Source of the DNA: Cyanobacteriota bacterium
Lineage (GTDB): Bacteria; Cyanobacteriota; Cyanobacteriia; PCC-6307; Cyanobiaceae
Assembly: GCA_046342815.1 (NCBI GenBank)
Contig: JBKDOV010000078.1
Location: 2,675-66,674, forward strand
Length of the DNA stretch: 64,000 nucleotides
Reading direction: 5' to 3'
Positions 46,203-55,550 of the stretch are shown one piece after another (the stretch's first letter is position 1; every line of letters begins with the position of its first letter). Made by a program: the position numbers and the translations under genes. The notes under the pieces are model-generated. The model searched no databases. It was given only the letters and a program-made list of their open reading frames with translations, and was not told where the DNA came from.

Positions 46203-46958
46203 TCAGGACAGCTGGGGGGTGCGCAGCTGGGCCAGAAGACTGGAAAAACTGCGGTTGGAAGGGGGTCCCTTTTCGTCGGGACTGACGATGCCGGCCGAGA
46301 TGATCGTGCGGAAGGCATCCTCCACGCTGAGGTCGATGTCCTTCACCGATCCCTCCGGCACCACGGCGTACCAACCGGTGGTGGGATTGGGAGCCGTAGG
46401 GATGAACACGCTCAGCATCGTTTCGGGGAAATCAGCCTGGAGGGAACGTCCGAGGGTGCCGGTGACGAAGCCGAGGGCATAGAGGCCAGGCCTTGGATAC
46501 TCCACCAGAACCACCCTGCGGAAGCGGGTGGAGTTGTCCCGCAGAAAGGTTTCCAGCAGCTGCTTGAGGGTCTTGTAGACCGACCCGGCCAGGGGGATCC
46601 GCAGCAGGGTGCCCTCTCCGAACTCCAGCAACCAGCGACCGACGATGTTGCGGGCCATCAGGCCGATCAGCAGGATGCCCAGCAGGGGGACCAGCAGACC
46701 GACCCCCACGTTGATCAGCTCCTGCAGAAGCGGATTGAGGTTGTTGAAGGGGTTGAACTGCTTCGGGATCGTGGTGAGGAACGCGAGCACGAAGCGGCTC
46801 ACGGTGGTGGCAAGCCAGATCGTGGTGGCGAGCGGGATCACCACAAGAAGACCCGCGATCAGGTCGTTCTTGAGATCCTGCTGAAGACGGTTGCCCAGCG
46901 GCTGATCAGGTCTGGGACTGGAAGGCACCAAGGCCAGGGATTCGTGGGCTCTGATCAA
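46203..46958 (-). CDS. DUF502-family membrane protein
   Basis: LKNDLIAGLLVVIPLATTIWL followed by a second TM helix and a soluble C-domain. Confidence 0.75.
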   Translation of the reverse strand: MIRAHESLALVPSSPRPDQPLGNRLQQDLKNDLIAGLLVVIPLATTIWLATTVSRFVLAFLTTIPKQFNPFNNLNPLLQELINVGVGLLVPLLGILLIGLMARNIVGRWLLEFGEGTLLRIPLAGSVYKTLKQLLETFLRDNSTRFRRVVLVEYPRPGLYALGFVTGTLGRSLQADFPETMLSVFIPTAPNPTTGWYAVVPEGSVKDIDLSVEDAFRTIISAGIVSPDEKGPPSNRSFSSLLAQLRTPQLS

Positions 46959-46982
46959 CGGTAACCATCAATGCGCCTTTGG

Positions 46983-47669
46983 TCAGAGCACGCTGCCCAG
47001 GCAGAGGATGGTGAAGGCGATGGTGAGCAGGATCGCTCCACCGGTGCCGGCGAAACGGCGCTGATTGAGGCTCACCTTGCTGGTCTGCTCAGCCCGCTTG
47101 AACTGCTTCTCGAACTGCTCCAGCTGGCGATCCACGAAGGCCCGGGCGCTCTGGGTCTTCTGGGCGTCGCTGGCGCCGGCCGGCACCTGGCCGGAGGCCT
47201 CGGCCTGCTTGATCAGCTGCTGGAGCAGGGCAGGATCCCGGCTCTGCTGCCGCGCCATCTCGAGTTGACCGCGCTTGGCGGAAAGCTCCTGATCCGCCTG
47301 CTGCTGCATCAGTTGATCCCCTCCCATCGCCACCGGCAGCGAAGCGGTAAGCAGCACGGCAAGAAGACCGCTCAGAATGCAGACAGCCCACTGCAGCGGG
47401 GTGCGGCGCTCGGAAGCATCATCGATGCGGGAGGAGAGATACATCAGCACCAGACCCACCAGGGCCATCGGCGCCTGGTTGATCAGCCGCTCCACCACCA
47501 GCTGACGGAATGCCTCCTCCTTCCAGTCCCAGAGGGTGACGAGACCCAGCATCTGGAGGAGCAGCATCGCCACCAGCGTGATCCCGATCCAGCGAAGCAA
47601 CGGGCTGTAACGGGGGGAGGAAGCGAACGCCACGCAACGGGACACAACTTCGCCGACTGTACCGACCAC
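46983..47669 (-). CDS. hypothetical membrane protein (possibly HpsJ-like)
   Basis: Three or four TM helices flank a Q/E-rich coiled segment. The track start at 47669 is a GTG. GTGs at 47645 and 47633 are alternatives. Confidence 0.6.
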   Translation of the reverse strand: MVGTVGEVVSRCVAFASSPRYSPLLRWIGITLVAMLLLQMLGLVTLWDWKEEAFRQLVVERLINQAPMALVGLVLMYLSSRIDDASERRTPLQWAVCILSGLLAVLLTASLPVAMGGDQLMQQQADQELSAKRGQLEMARQQSRDPALLQQLIKQAEASGQVPAGASDAQKTQSARAFVDRQLEQFEKQFKRAEQTSKVSLNQRRFAGTGGAILLTIAFTILCLGSVL

Positions 47670-47672
47670 CCC

Positions 47673-48665
47673 GTGGATTCACACCATCCTGCCGACCTCG
47701 CCGCAGCCCTGAAGGACGAGGCCCGGGCCCTGGGCTTCGATCCGGTGGGCATTGCCGCCGTACCCGGCGGCGAACGGATCCCCTTGCGTACGGCGGCGCT
47801 GGAACGGTGGCTGGCGGCGGGGCACCAGGCCTCGATGGGCTGGATGGCTGACCCAAGACGAAGGGCCGTGGAGGAATTGCTGCCCGGAGTGAGAAGTCTT
47901 CTGGCTGTGGGTCTCAACTACCACGTGGAGGCCACCCCACAGCCGGGAAGCCTTCGGGTGGCCCGATACGGCTGGGGGCGGGACTACCACCGGGTGATCG
48001 ATGGTCGCCTGCGGCAGCTGGGAAGGTGGCTGGAGCAGAGGGTGCCAGGGCTGGCCTGGCGCGCCTGCGTGGACAGTGCCCCCCTGATGGACAAGGCCTG
48101 GGCCGAGGAAGCTGGCCTGGGCTGGATCGGCAAGAACGGCAACCTGATCCACCGGCAGCGGGGCTCCTGGCTGCTGATCGGCCACCTGCTGATCGGCCTC
48201 GAGCTGCCGGCCGATCAGCCCGCCCAATCGCTCTGTGGCCGCTGCAACCTCTGCCTGCAGGCCTGCCCCACCGGCGCCCTACCGGAACCCTTCGTGGTGG
48301 ATGCCCGCCGCTGCATCGCGTTCCACACCATCGAAAACCGCGACCCGGAGCTGCCGGAAGCGATCGGCAAGCAGCTGCATGGCTGGGTGGCCGGCTGCGA
48401 TCTGTGCCAGGAGGTGTGCCCCTGGAACCGCCAACCGCTCGAACCGACCAGCGATCCGGATCTGCAGCCGCGGCCCTGGCTGCTGAACCTGCAGGCCCAG
48501 GAAGCCCTGGCGTGGAGCGATCAGGACTGGGAGGAAAGGCTGCGGGCTTCGGCCCTGCGCCGCATCAAACCCTGGATGTGGCGCCGCAACCTGCAGGCCG
48601 CAAGCGGCGGAACGGATTCGATGGCGCCGCCGGGCAGCGAAGGGAGCGGCCCAACCGGTGGGTGA
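47673..48665 (+). CDS. queG: epoxyqueuosine reductase
   Basis: There is no ATG near the conserved N-terminus, so GTG at 47673 is chosen. Ferredoxin motifs CGRCNLCLQACPTGAL and CDLCQEVCPWN. Confidence 0.85.
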   Translation: MDSHHPADLAAALKDEARALGFDPVGIAAVPGGERIPLRTAALERWLAAGHQASMGWMADPRRRAVEELLPGVRSLLAVGLNYHVEATPQPGSLRVARYGWGRDYHRVIDGRLRQLGRWLEQRVPGLAWRACVDSAPLMDKAWAEEAGLGWIGKNGNLIHRQRGSWLLIGHLLIGLELPADQPAQSLCGRCNLCLQACPTGALPEPFVVDARRCIAFHTIENRDPELPEAIGKQLHGWVAGCDLCQEVCPWNRQPLEPTSDPDLQPRPWLLNLQAQEALAWSDQDWEERLRASALRRIKPWMWRRNLQAASGGTDSMAPPGSEGSGPTGG

Positions 48666-48709
48666 AGCGCAGAGAGATCCCTAGGCTGTTCGGATTGCGT
48701 GGTGATTCC

Positions 48710-49615
48710 GTGGGTCGGCGTTGGTGGCAATTGCTCTCGTGTGTACCACTCGCCTTGACCCTGACCAGCGGATTGCTGCTGACGGAAACCAGAGCGGCCA
48801 AGGCCATGGTGCCCTACGTCTATCTCCCCCAGTCGAAGGAGCTGGAGGGAGCCGGCATCGGCATCGCCCAGGCAGCAGCTCGACTGCTCCGGCTCGGCCA
48901 GGCTGAGGAAGCGGCCCGGCTGGCCGAACTGACGGTGCGGCTGCTGCCGGAGAACCCCCAGGGCTGGGTTCTGCTGGCTGAAGCGCACCTGCGCAACAAC
49001 CAGATCGACAAGGCCCTGGTGGACCTCGGCCGGGCCAAACAACTCGATCCCAACAATCCAGGCATCTGGTTCGCGGAAGGCTCCCTGGCCCTGCGCAACG
49101 GCAAACCTCAGGAGGCCCTCAGCCTGCTGAAGAAAGGTCTGCAGCTCGACAGCCGCAATGCCGGCGCCTATTTCGACATGGGCAACGCCCAGATCCTGCT
49201 GCAGGAGCCCGTGGCGGCCCTGGGATCCTTTGAGCGGGCAGCCAAGCTGCGCAAGGACTTCTGGGAAGCGATCAACAACCAGGGGTTGGTGCTCTACGAA
49301 ACGAACCGACCGGCCGAGGCGATCGACCGCTGGAGGCGAGTCCTGAAGATCCGACCCGATGCCGCTGAAACGATGCTGGCCCTGGCCGCCACCCTGTTCG
49401 AACGCGGACCACAGGAACGGGGGGAAGCCCTGCGGCTTGCGGAGACTGCCCTGGCCGATGAGCCCAACTATGTGCGCGATTCGTACCAGAAGGAGCAGCT
49501 CTGGGGTACCCGACTGCGCTCCTCCACCAAACGCCTGCTCAGCCAGCCGGAGCTGAAACCGGCCGTGGAAAGGGCCACAGCCAACGCCACCGCCGGCAGC
49601 GACCAGGGCGAATGA
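48710..49615 (+). CDS. TPR-repeat protein with signal peptide
   Basis: Several TPR units (AEAHLRNNQIDKALVDLGRAKQLDPNN, GNAQILLQEPVAALGSFERAAKL). The start is uncertain: GTG 48710 gives (M)GRRWWQLLSCVPLALTL, and GTG 48662 overlaps the queG stop. Confidence 0.75.
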   Translation: MGRRWWQLLSCVPLALTLTSGLLLTETRAAKAMVPYVYLPQSKELEGAGIGIAQAAARLLRLGQAEEAARLAELTVRLLPENPQGWVLLAEAHLRNNQIDKALVDLGRAKQLDPNNPGIWFAEGSLALRNGKPQEALSLLKKGLQLDSRNAGAYFDMGNAQILLQEPVAALGSFERAAKLRKDFWEAINNQGLVLYETNRPAEAIDRWRRVLKIRPDAAETMLALAATLFERGPQERGEALRLAETALADEPNYVRDSYQKEQLWGTRLRSSTKRLLSQPELKPAVERATANATAGSDQGE

Positions 49616-49678
49616 GCCGATGATTCCCGACCACGATCTGTAGGCTTCTCCCTCTGAACCGAAAGATCGCAGGTCCGG

Positions 49679-52153
49679 ATGGCCGAGGAGCGTCCCGAGC
49701 AACGGATCCAGCCGATCGCCCTGCATCAGGAGATGCAGCGTTCCTACCTCGAATACGCGATGAGCGTGATCGTGGGGCGGGCGCTGCCCGACGTTCGTGA
49801 CGGGCTCAAACCCGTGCAGCGGCGCATCCTGTTCGCCATGCATGAGCTGGGCCTCACCCCGGATCGGCCCTACCGCAAATGCGCGCGTGTGGTGGGAGAC
49901 GTACTCGGCAAGTACCACCCCCATGGCGACCAGGCGGTCTACGACGCGCTCGTACGACTGGTACAGACCTTCTCCAGCCGCAACCCCCTGCTGGATGGCC
50001 ACGGCAACTTCGGCTCGGTGGACGACGACCCACCGGCGGCGATGCGCTACACGGAAACGCGGCTGGCCCCGATCGCCAACGAGGGGATGCTCGATGAGAT
50101 CGGGAGCGACACCGTTGATTTCGCCCCCAACTTCGATGGCTCCCAGCAGGAGCCCACGGTGCTGCCGGCCCAGCTCCCCTTCCTGCTGCTCAACGGCTGC
50201 ACCGGGATCGCCGTGGGGATGGCCACCAACATCCCTCCCCACAACCTCGGGGAAGTGGTGGATGCCCTGATCGCCCTGATCCGCAAACCCGACCTCAGCG
50301 ACGAAAAGCTGCTGAGCCTGATTCCCGGGCCTGATTTCCCCACCGGTGGCGAGGTGCTGATCGGCAGCGGTGTGCGCGACACCTATCTCAGTGGCCGCGG
50401 CAGCATTCCGATGCGAGGCGTGGCCCATCTCGAGGAGATCCAGCCCGGCAAGGGTCGCCACCGCCGCGGTGCCGTGGTGATCACCGAACTTCCCTACCAG
50501 CTCAGCAAGGCGGGCTGGATCGAGAAACTCGCCGATCAGGTAAACGAAGGCAAGATCGGCGGCATCGCCGACATCCGCGACGAAAGCGACCGCGAAGGCA
50601 TGCGGGTGGTGGTGGAACTGCGTCGCGATGCCAATCCGGAGGCTGTGCTGGCCGAATTGCAGCGCCGCACGGCCTTGCAGAGCAATTTCGGCGCCATCCT
50701 GCTGGCGCTGGTGGATGGCCAGCCCGTGCAGCTGAGTCTGCGGGAGATGTTGCAGCGGTTCCTGGAATACCGGGAACTGACCCTGATCCGGCGCACCACC
50801 CACGCCCTGCGGCGTTGTGAAGACCGCCTGGAGGTGGTGGAAGGTCTGATCAAGGCCCTCAACCGCCTGCGCGAAGTGATCGAGATGATCACGGCCGCGG
50901 CCGATGCCGCCAGCGCCAAGGCGAGCCTGCAGGTCCATCTGGACCTCACCGAACGCCAGGCGGATGCGGTGCTGGCGATGCCCCTGCGCAGACTCACCGG
51001 CCTCGAACAGGAAAGCCTGCGCAAGGAAGCGGAGGACCTCAAACGGGAACGCACCGAACTGCGACTCTTACTGGACGAGCGCGACGCCCTGCTCGACACG
51101 TTGGTCAGCGAACTGAAGACGCTGCGCAAGCGCTACGCAACGCCACGGCGCACCCGGTTGATCGAGGGAGGCGATGAACTTGTGGCCCAGCGGGCGGCCG
51201 CTGTGCGGCCAAACACCGAGCTGCAACGCCAGCAGGCCTTCGAGGCTCTCGCCCCCGACAGCCGGCTGCTGATCCAGGCCGATGGCCAGGTGCGGATCGT
51301 GACCCCCCAGAGCCTGGGACGTCTGCACCTGGAGGAGGCGATCAGCCCTGGGGAACACCCGGCACCGGCCCGCCTGCTGCTGCCGGTGGCGGAAGAACCC
51401 TCCCTGCTCGCCTTCAGTGCCAACGGCAAGGTGGCCTTGCTGCGATGGGAATACGCAGGTCAGCAGAACGGTTCCCTGGAAAAATTCCTGCCGGAAAGCC
51501 TGGCGGGGGATCCGGTGGTGCAGGTGGTGCGCCTCCCGAAAGAACCCAGCGGCAGCCTGGGCCTGCTCAGCACCGATGGTCGTTTCAAACGCCTGCCGAT
51601 CGAGGATTTCCTGGAACTCTCGGGCCGGGCAGCCACCGTGCTCAAGCTCAGGGACGGCGTGAAACTGCAGCGGGTGGTTCCCTGCGACACGGGCCGCGAA
51701 CTGGTGGTGGCCAGCAGTACGGGACGCCTGCTGCGACTGGAGGTGAATGAGGCCAATCTGCCGGTCATGGGCCGCACCGCCCAGGGTCCGGTGCTGCTGC
51801 GGTTGCTGCCCGGCGAAAGCGTGGTGGGGGCAAGTTGCGTGGCCGCCGGCGACACCGTGCTGCTGGCCACCCGATTGGGCAGGGTGAAAAGGCTGGCTCT
51901 GAGTGAGCTGCGGCTGTGTCAGCGGGGAGACCTGGGCCAGATCGGCCTGCGCTTCCTGGAACGGGACGATCGGGTCGTCGACCTGCAGGGCGGCGGCAGT
52001 GGGGTGGTGGGGGTGCTGCTGTCGGGAACCCCATCCCGCAGTCTGCGGCTTCTGGCCGGCGACCTACCTGCGGAGGATGTGGGCGGCTCCGGCCTGAATC
52101 TCCCCCTTCCCCAGGGCAGCACGATCGAGGAACTGATTCCGCTCAATGGCTGA
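49679..52153 (+). CDS. DNA gyrase/topoisomerase IV subunit A family protein (GyrA paralogue, no recognisable GyrA-box)
   Basis: [25 protein letters not shown] (catalytic Tyr). I do not see QRRGGKG in the C-terminal domain. Confidence 0.9.
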   Translation: MAEERPEQRIQPIALHQEMQRSYLEYAMSVIVGRALPDVRDGLKPVQRRILFAMHELGLTPDRPYRKCARVVGDVLGKYHPHGDQAVYDALVRLVQTFSSRNPLLDGHGNFGSVDDDPPAAMRYTETRLAPIANEGMLDEIGSDTVDFAPNFDGSQQEPTVLPAQLPFLLLNGCTGIAVGMATNIPPHNLGEVVDALIALIRKPDLSDEKLLSLIPGPDFPTGGEVLIGSGVRDTYLSGRGSIPMRGVAHLEEIQPGKGRHRRGAVVITELPYQLSKAGWIEKLADQVNEGKIGGIADIRDESDREGMRVVVELRRDANPEAVLAELQRRTALQSNFGAILLALVDGQPVQLSLREMLQRFLEYRELTLIRRTTHALRRCEDRLEVVEGLIKALNRLREVIEMITAAADAASAKASLQVHLDLTERQADAVLAMPLRRLTGLEQESLRKEAEDLKRERTELRLLLDERDALLDTLVSELKTLRKRYATPRRTRLIEGGDELVAQRAAAVRPNTELQRQQAFEALAPDSRLLIQADGQVRIVTPQSLGRLHLEEAISPGEHPAPARLLLPVAEEPSLLAFSANGKVALLRWEYAGQQNGSLEKFLPESLAGDPVVQVVRLPKEPSGSLGLLSTDGRFKRLPIEDFLELSGRAATVLKLRDGVKLQRVVPCDTGRELVVASSTGRLLRLEVNEANLPVMGRTAQGPVLLRLLPGESVVGASCVAAGDTVLLATRLGRVKRLALSELRLCQRGDLGQIGLRFLERDDRVVDLQGGGSGVVGVLLSGTPSRSLRLLAGDLPAEDVGGSGLNLPLPQGSTIEELIPLNG

Positions 52154-53024
52154 ATCTGCAAGGCCATGCCACCAGCGCCGCAGAAGCGGCGGCCACAAGC
52201 TGGTGACTGGCCTGCTGATCGCGGGAGGGATGGTCTGCCAGAGCGCCCTCTCGCCGGCGAGGGCCGCCGGGGAGCCCGGCTCGCAGGCAACCCCGCCCCT
52301 TCCTCTCACCTCAGCTGCCGGCCAGAACCTACTGATGAGGCCGGGAACCCGCCGGGCCGATTACGGCAGCCTGAGCCAATGGTTTGAAACCCAGGCGAAT
52401 CTGGCTTACTGCGGCGTGGCCAGCAGTGTGATGGTGCTCAACAGCCTGGCCCTGCCGGCCCCGAAGGCCGAGAACCATGGCAACTACCGGTTCTGGACCC
52501 AGACGAATGTTTTCGCTGCACCGGCCACCACCTCCTTCGTGCAGGCGGCGGCGGTGGCCCGCGCAGGCATGACCCTGGAACAACTGCATGGCCTTCTCGC
52601 CAGCCAGGGCGCCGTGGTGCGTCGCTTCCACGGCGATCAGCTCAGCCTGGAGCAGTTCCGGCGGATGGTGCGTCGCAACCTGGAGGATCCGCGCGACCGC
52701 CTGCTGGCCAACTACGACCGCAGGGCCGTCGGGCAGACCGGGGGTGGCCACATCTCCCCCCTCGCCGCTTACGACCCCCGCAGCGACCGCGTGCTGATCC
52801 TTGATGTGGCCCGCTACCGCTATCCAGCGGTCTGGGTGACCATGGCCGACCTGTGGCGCGCGGTGGCGAGCGTGGATCGCAGCTCAGGTCGCAGCCGCGG
52901 CCTGCTGATCATCCAGGCAACGACACAGCCGCCAGAAACAGTGCCGCCACCCGGTCCCAGTGGTAACGGGAGGCATGCTCACGCCCGAACTGCCGAAAGC
53001 GTTCCTGCAGCGCGGAATCCCTGA
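52146..53024 (+). CDS. phytochelatin-synthase-like papain-fold protein, secreted (half-size prokaryotic PCS type)
   Basis: Signal-like [24 protein letters not shown]. Catalytic-triad contexts YCGVAS (Cys), [12 protein letters not shown] (His) and [12 protein letters not shown] (Asp). Confidence 0.8.
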   Translation: MAESARPCHQRRRSGGHKLVTGLLIAGGMVCQSALSPARAAGEPGSQATPPLPLTSAAGQNLLMRPGTRRADYGSLSQWFETQANLAYCGVASSVMVLNSLALPAPKAENHGNYRFWTQTNVFAAPATTSFVQAAAVARAGMTLEQLHGLLASQGAVVRRFHGDQLSLEQFRRMVRRNLEDPRDRLLANYDRRAVGQTGGGHISPLAAYDPRSDRVLILDVARYRYPAVWVTMADLWRAVASVDRSSGRSRGLLIIQATTQPPETVPPPGPSGNGRHAHARTAESVPAARNP

Positions 53025-53994
53025 GCAGGGCCAGCAGGGCCTCCGCCAGGGCCTGCGGATCCCGCGGCGGCACCAGCAGGCCGGCCCTGCCATCGGGCAC
53101 CACCTCAGGAATCGCGGCGGCCGTGGTGCTGACCACAGGCAGACCACTGGCCATGGCCTCGAGAAACACGATCCCGAATCCTTCCTGAATCGAAGGCAGA
53201 CAGAAAATCGAAGCGCGGCGATACCAGGCCCGCACCTCCTGATCCGAAGCAAGGGCTCCGAGCAGGCTCACGGCGGAGCCAAGCCCCAGCTCAGCCACCT
53301 GCCTGCCTAGGGCCCCATGTTCAGGTCCATCCCCGATCACCACCAGCCGGGCCTGGGGAAGCTGGGCCAGCACCAAGGGAAAAGCGGCGATCAGATCGGT
53401 GATGCGCTTGCGCGGGTACTGACGGGCAACGCAAAGCACGGTGTAGGGCTGGCGATCGGGTTCCGGTTCAGGCCCCCAGGCCACCGGATCGATGCCCTCC
53501 GGCACCACCGCCTGGCGCGAGCCGGGCACGCCGTAATGGGCGGTGATGCGATCCCGGCAATAGACACTGGTGGTGACCACCCGGGGAGCCCGGCGGGCAT
53601 GGAGCCGCTCCAGCAGGGAAAGGCCGCCGAGCATCAGGCGGGGCAGCCCCCGCTCACAACGGGCCTCTTCAGCCAGCACCCCCTTGATGCTGCACACATA
53701 GGGCACGGGGGAACGATGGGCCAGGCGAAAGCCATCGATGTCGAAACCCACCAGCAGGTCGTAGGGCAGGGAACCGCCGGCCCCCAGTAGCCGGCGCGGC
53801 AGCGTGAGGTTGAACCAGAGGCGCCGGAGCAGCAGATTGCGGGGCCAGGTGCCCCGCGGCACGACCCGCTCCACCTGATGCCCCCGTTTCTGAAGCGCTT
53901 CGGCCAGGCCACCGATCGCCACCGCCGTGCCGCTGCCTTCGGCCGAATCCTGCAGCCAGGAATCGAGAAATCCGATGCGCAGCCGGGAAGTCAC
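52909..53994 (-). CDS. GT4-family (GT-B) glycosyltransferase
   Basis: EGFGIVFLEAMASGLPVVST. The GTG start overlaps the purF stop (GTGA). Confidence 0.85.
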   Translation of the reverse strand: MTSRLRIGFLDSWLQDSAEGSGTAVAIGGLAEALQKRGHQVERVVPRGTWPRNLLLRRLWFNLTLPRRLLGAGGSLPYDLLVGFDIDGFRLAHRSPVPYVCSIKGVLAEEARCERGLPRLMLGGLSLLERLHARRAPRVVTTSVYCRDRITAHYGVPGSRQAVVPEGIDPVAWGPEPEPDRQPYTVLCVARQYPRKRITDLIAAFPLVLAQLPQARLVVIGDGPEHGALGRQVAELGLGSAVSLLGALASDQEVRAWYRRASIFCLPSIQEGFGIVFLEAMASGLPVVSTTAAAIPEVVPDGRAGLLVPPRDPQALAEALLALLRDSALQERFRQFGREHASRYHWDRVAALFLAAVSLPG

Positions 53995-55544
53995 GACACA
54001 GTGGCGGCCAGACCCGAGGGCTCCAGCATCAACTTGCTGCGGCGCACCTCCTCATCCATGGCGATCGGATAGCTGCCATCGAAACAGGCGGTACAGAAAT
54101 GATTGGAATGGGTATGGGCCGCATCAACCATCCCCTGCTTGCTCAGGTAGGCAAGCGAATCCACCCCCAGATGCTGCTCGATTTCGAGAAGGGTCAAGCG
54201 GGCGGCGATCAGGTGGTCCTGGGTGTCGGTATCGATGCCGTAAAAGCAGGGATGGGTGACGGGCGGGGAACTGATCCGCATGTGCACCTCCGTGGCGCCG
54301 GCATCCCGCAAGGCCTGCACCAGCTTGCGACTGGTGGTGCCACGCACGATCGAATCATCGATCACCACCACACGCTTGCCCGCCAGCACATCCGGAAGCG
54401 GATTGAGCTTGACGCGGATGCCCGCCTCCCGCATCGCCCGGGTGGGCTGAATGAAGGTGCGCCCCACATAACGGTTCTTGATCAGACCGTCCCCGAAGGG
54501 GATGCCACTGGCCTGGGAATACCCGATGGCGGCAGGAATGCCGGAATCCGGCACACCGATCACGATGTCTGCCTCCACCGGCGTTTCACGGGCCAGCACC
54601 TCGCCGATCCGCACCCGATAGCTGTAGAGGGATTCGCCGAAGAAGCGGCTGTCGGGACGGGCGAAGTAGATCATCTCAAACACACACAGCTTCGCCGGCT
54701 CCTCACACCACTGTTGACGTTCGGGAATCGGATCTCCCAAGCGGAAATGCACCAGTTCGCCGGGCTGGATGTCATCGAGAAAACGGGCTCCGATGATGTC
54801 GAGCCCACAGGTTTCACTGCTCACCACCCAGTGACCCAGTTCGGAATCCCCAAGGGAGCCGTACACCAGGGGGCGGATGCCATGGCCATCGCGGAGGGCG
54901 AACAGCCCCTCGGGGGTACCGATCACCAGACTGAAGGCACCGCGACAGCGGGCGGCAGCGGCACGGATCGCCTGATTCCAGCCCATGCCCCCATCCACGG
55001 CCTGCTGGAGGGCAAAGGCAATCAGCTCCGAATCGGTGGTGGAGGTGAATTCGCCGGCCAGATGGGCCAGGGAGGCGCGCAGCTCTGCCGCATTGACCAG
55101 ATTGCCGTTGTGGGCGAGGGCCAGGGGACCCAGCCGGGTCATCAGGACCACGGGCTGGGCATTGCAGACCTTGCTGCTGCCGGTGGTGGAATAGCGGTTG
55201 TGACCGATCGCCAGGTCGCCAGGCATGCGCTCGAGCACGTCCTGATCGAACACCTGACTCACCAGGCCCATGTCCTTGTGGAGCCGCACCCTGGCCTCCT
55301 GAAAGACGGCGATCCCCGCCGACTCCTGACCGCGGTGCTGCAGGGCGTACAGACCGAAATAGGTGAGGTTGGCCACCGCCTGACCGCTGGCCAGGACCGC
55401 GTAGACGCCGCAGGCCTCCTCCGGCTTGTCGGGGCGTTCCGCCGGATCACAGGCTCCGGCAGCGGAATCCCGGTTGGGCAGGGAATCGGGCTCGGCAAAG
55501 GGCACGGAACTCGCCAGCATCGGGCCGCAAGCATCATTGCGCAC
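53991..55544 (-). CDS. purF: amidophosphoribosyltransferase
   Basis: Propeptide followed by the catalytic CGVYAV. PRPP loop VVIDDSIVRGTT. Start is GTG 55544 or ATG 55520. Confidence 0.94.
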   Translation of the reverse strand: MRNDACGPMLASSVPFAEPDSLPNRDSAAGACDPAERPDKPEEACGVYAVLASGQAVANLTYFGLYALQHRGQESAGIAVFQEARVRLHKDMGLVSQVFDQDVLERMPGDLAIGHNRYSTTGSSKVCNAQPVVLMTRLGPLALAHNGNLVNAAELRASLAHLAGEFTSTTDSELIAFALQQAVDGGMGWNQAIRAAAARCRGAFSLVIGTPEGLFALRDGHGIRPLVYGSLGDSELGHWVVSSETCGLDIIGARFLDDIQPGELVHFRLGDPIPERQQWCEEPAKLCVFEMIYFARPDSRFFGESLYSYRVRIGEVLARETPVEADIVIGVPDSGIPAAIGYSQASGIPFGDGLIKNRYVGRTFIQPTRAMREAGIRVKLNPLPDVLAGKRVVVIDDSIVRGTTSRKLVQALRDAGATEVHMRISSPPVTHPCFYGIDTDTQDHLIAARLTLLEIEQHLGVDSLAYLSKQGMVDAAHTHSNHFCTACFDGSYPIAMDEEVRRSKLMLEPSGLAATVS

Positions 55545-55550
55545 GGGGGA

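Noticed and set aside
48521-50938. 805-aa - strand ORF
   Set aside because: Antisense to the TPR gene and the gyrA paralogue. It has no recognisable motifs, so it is a GC artefact.
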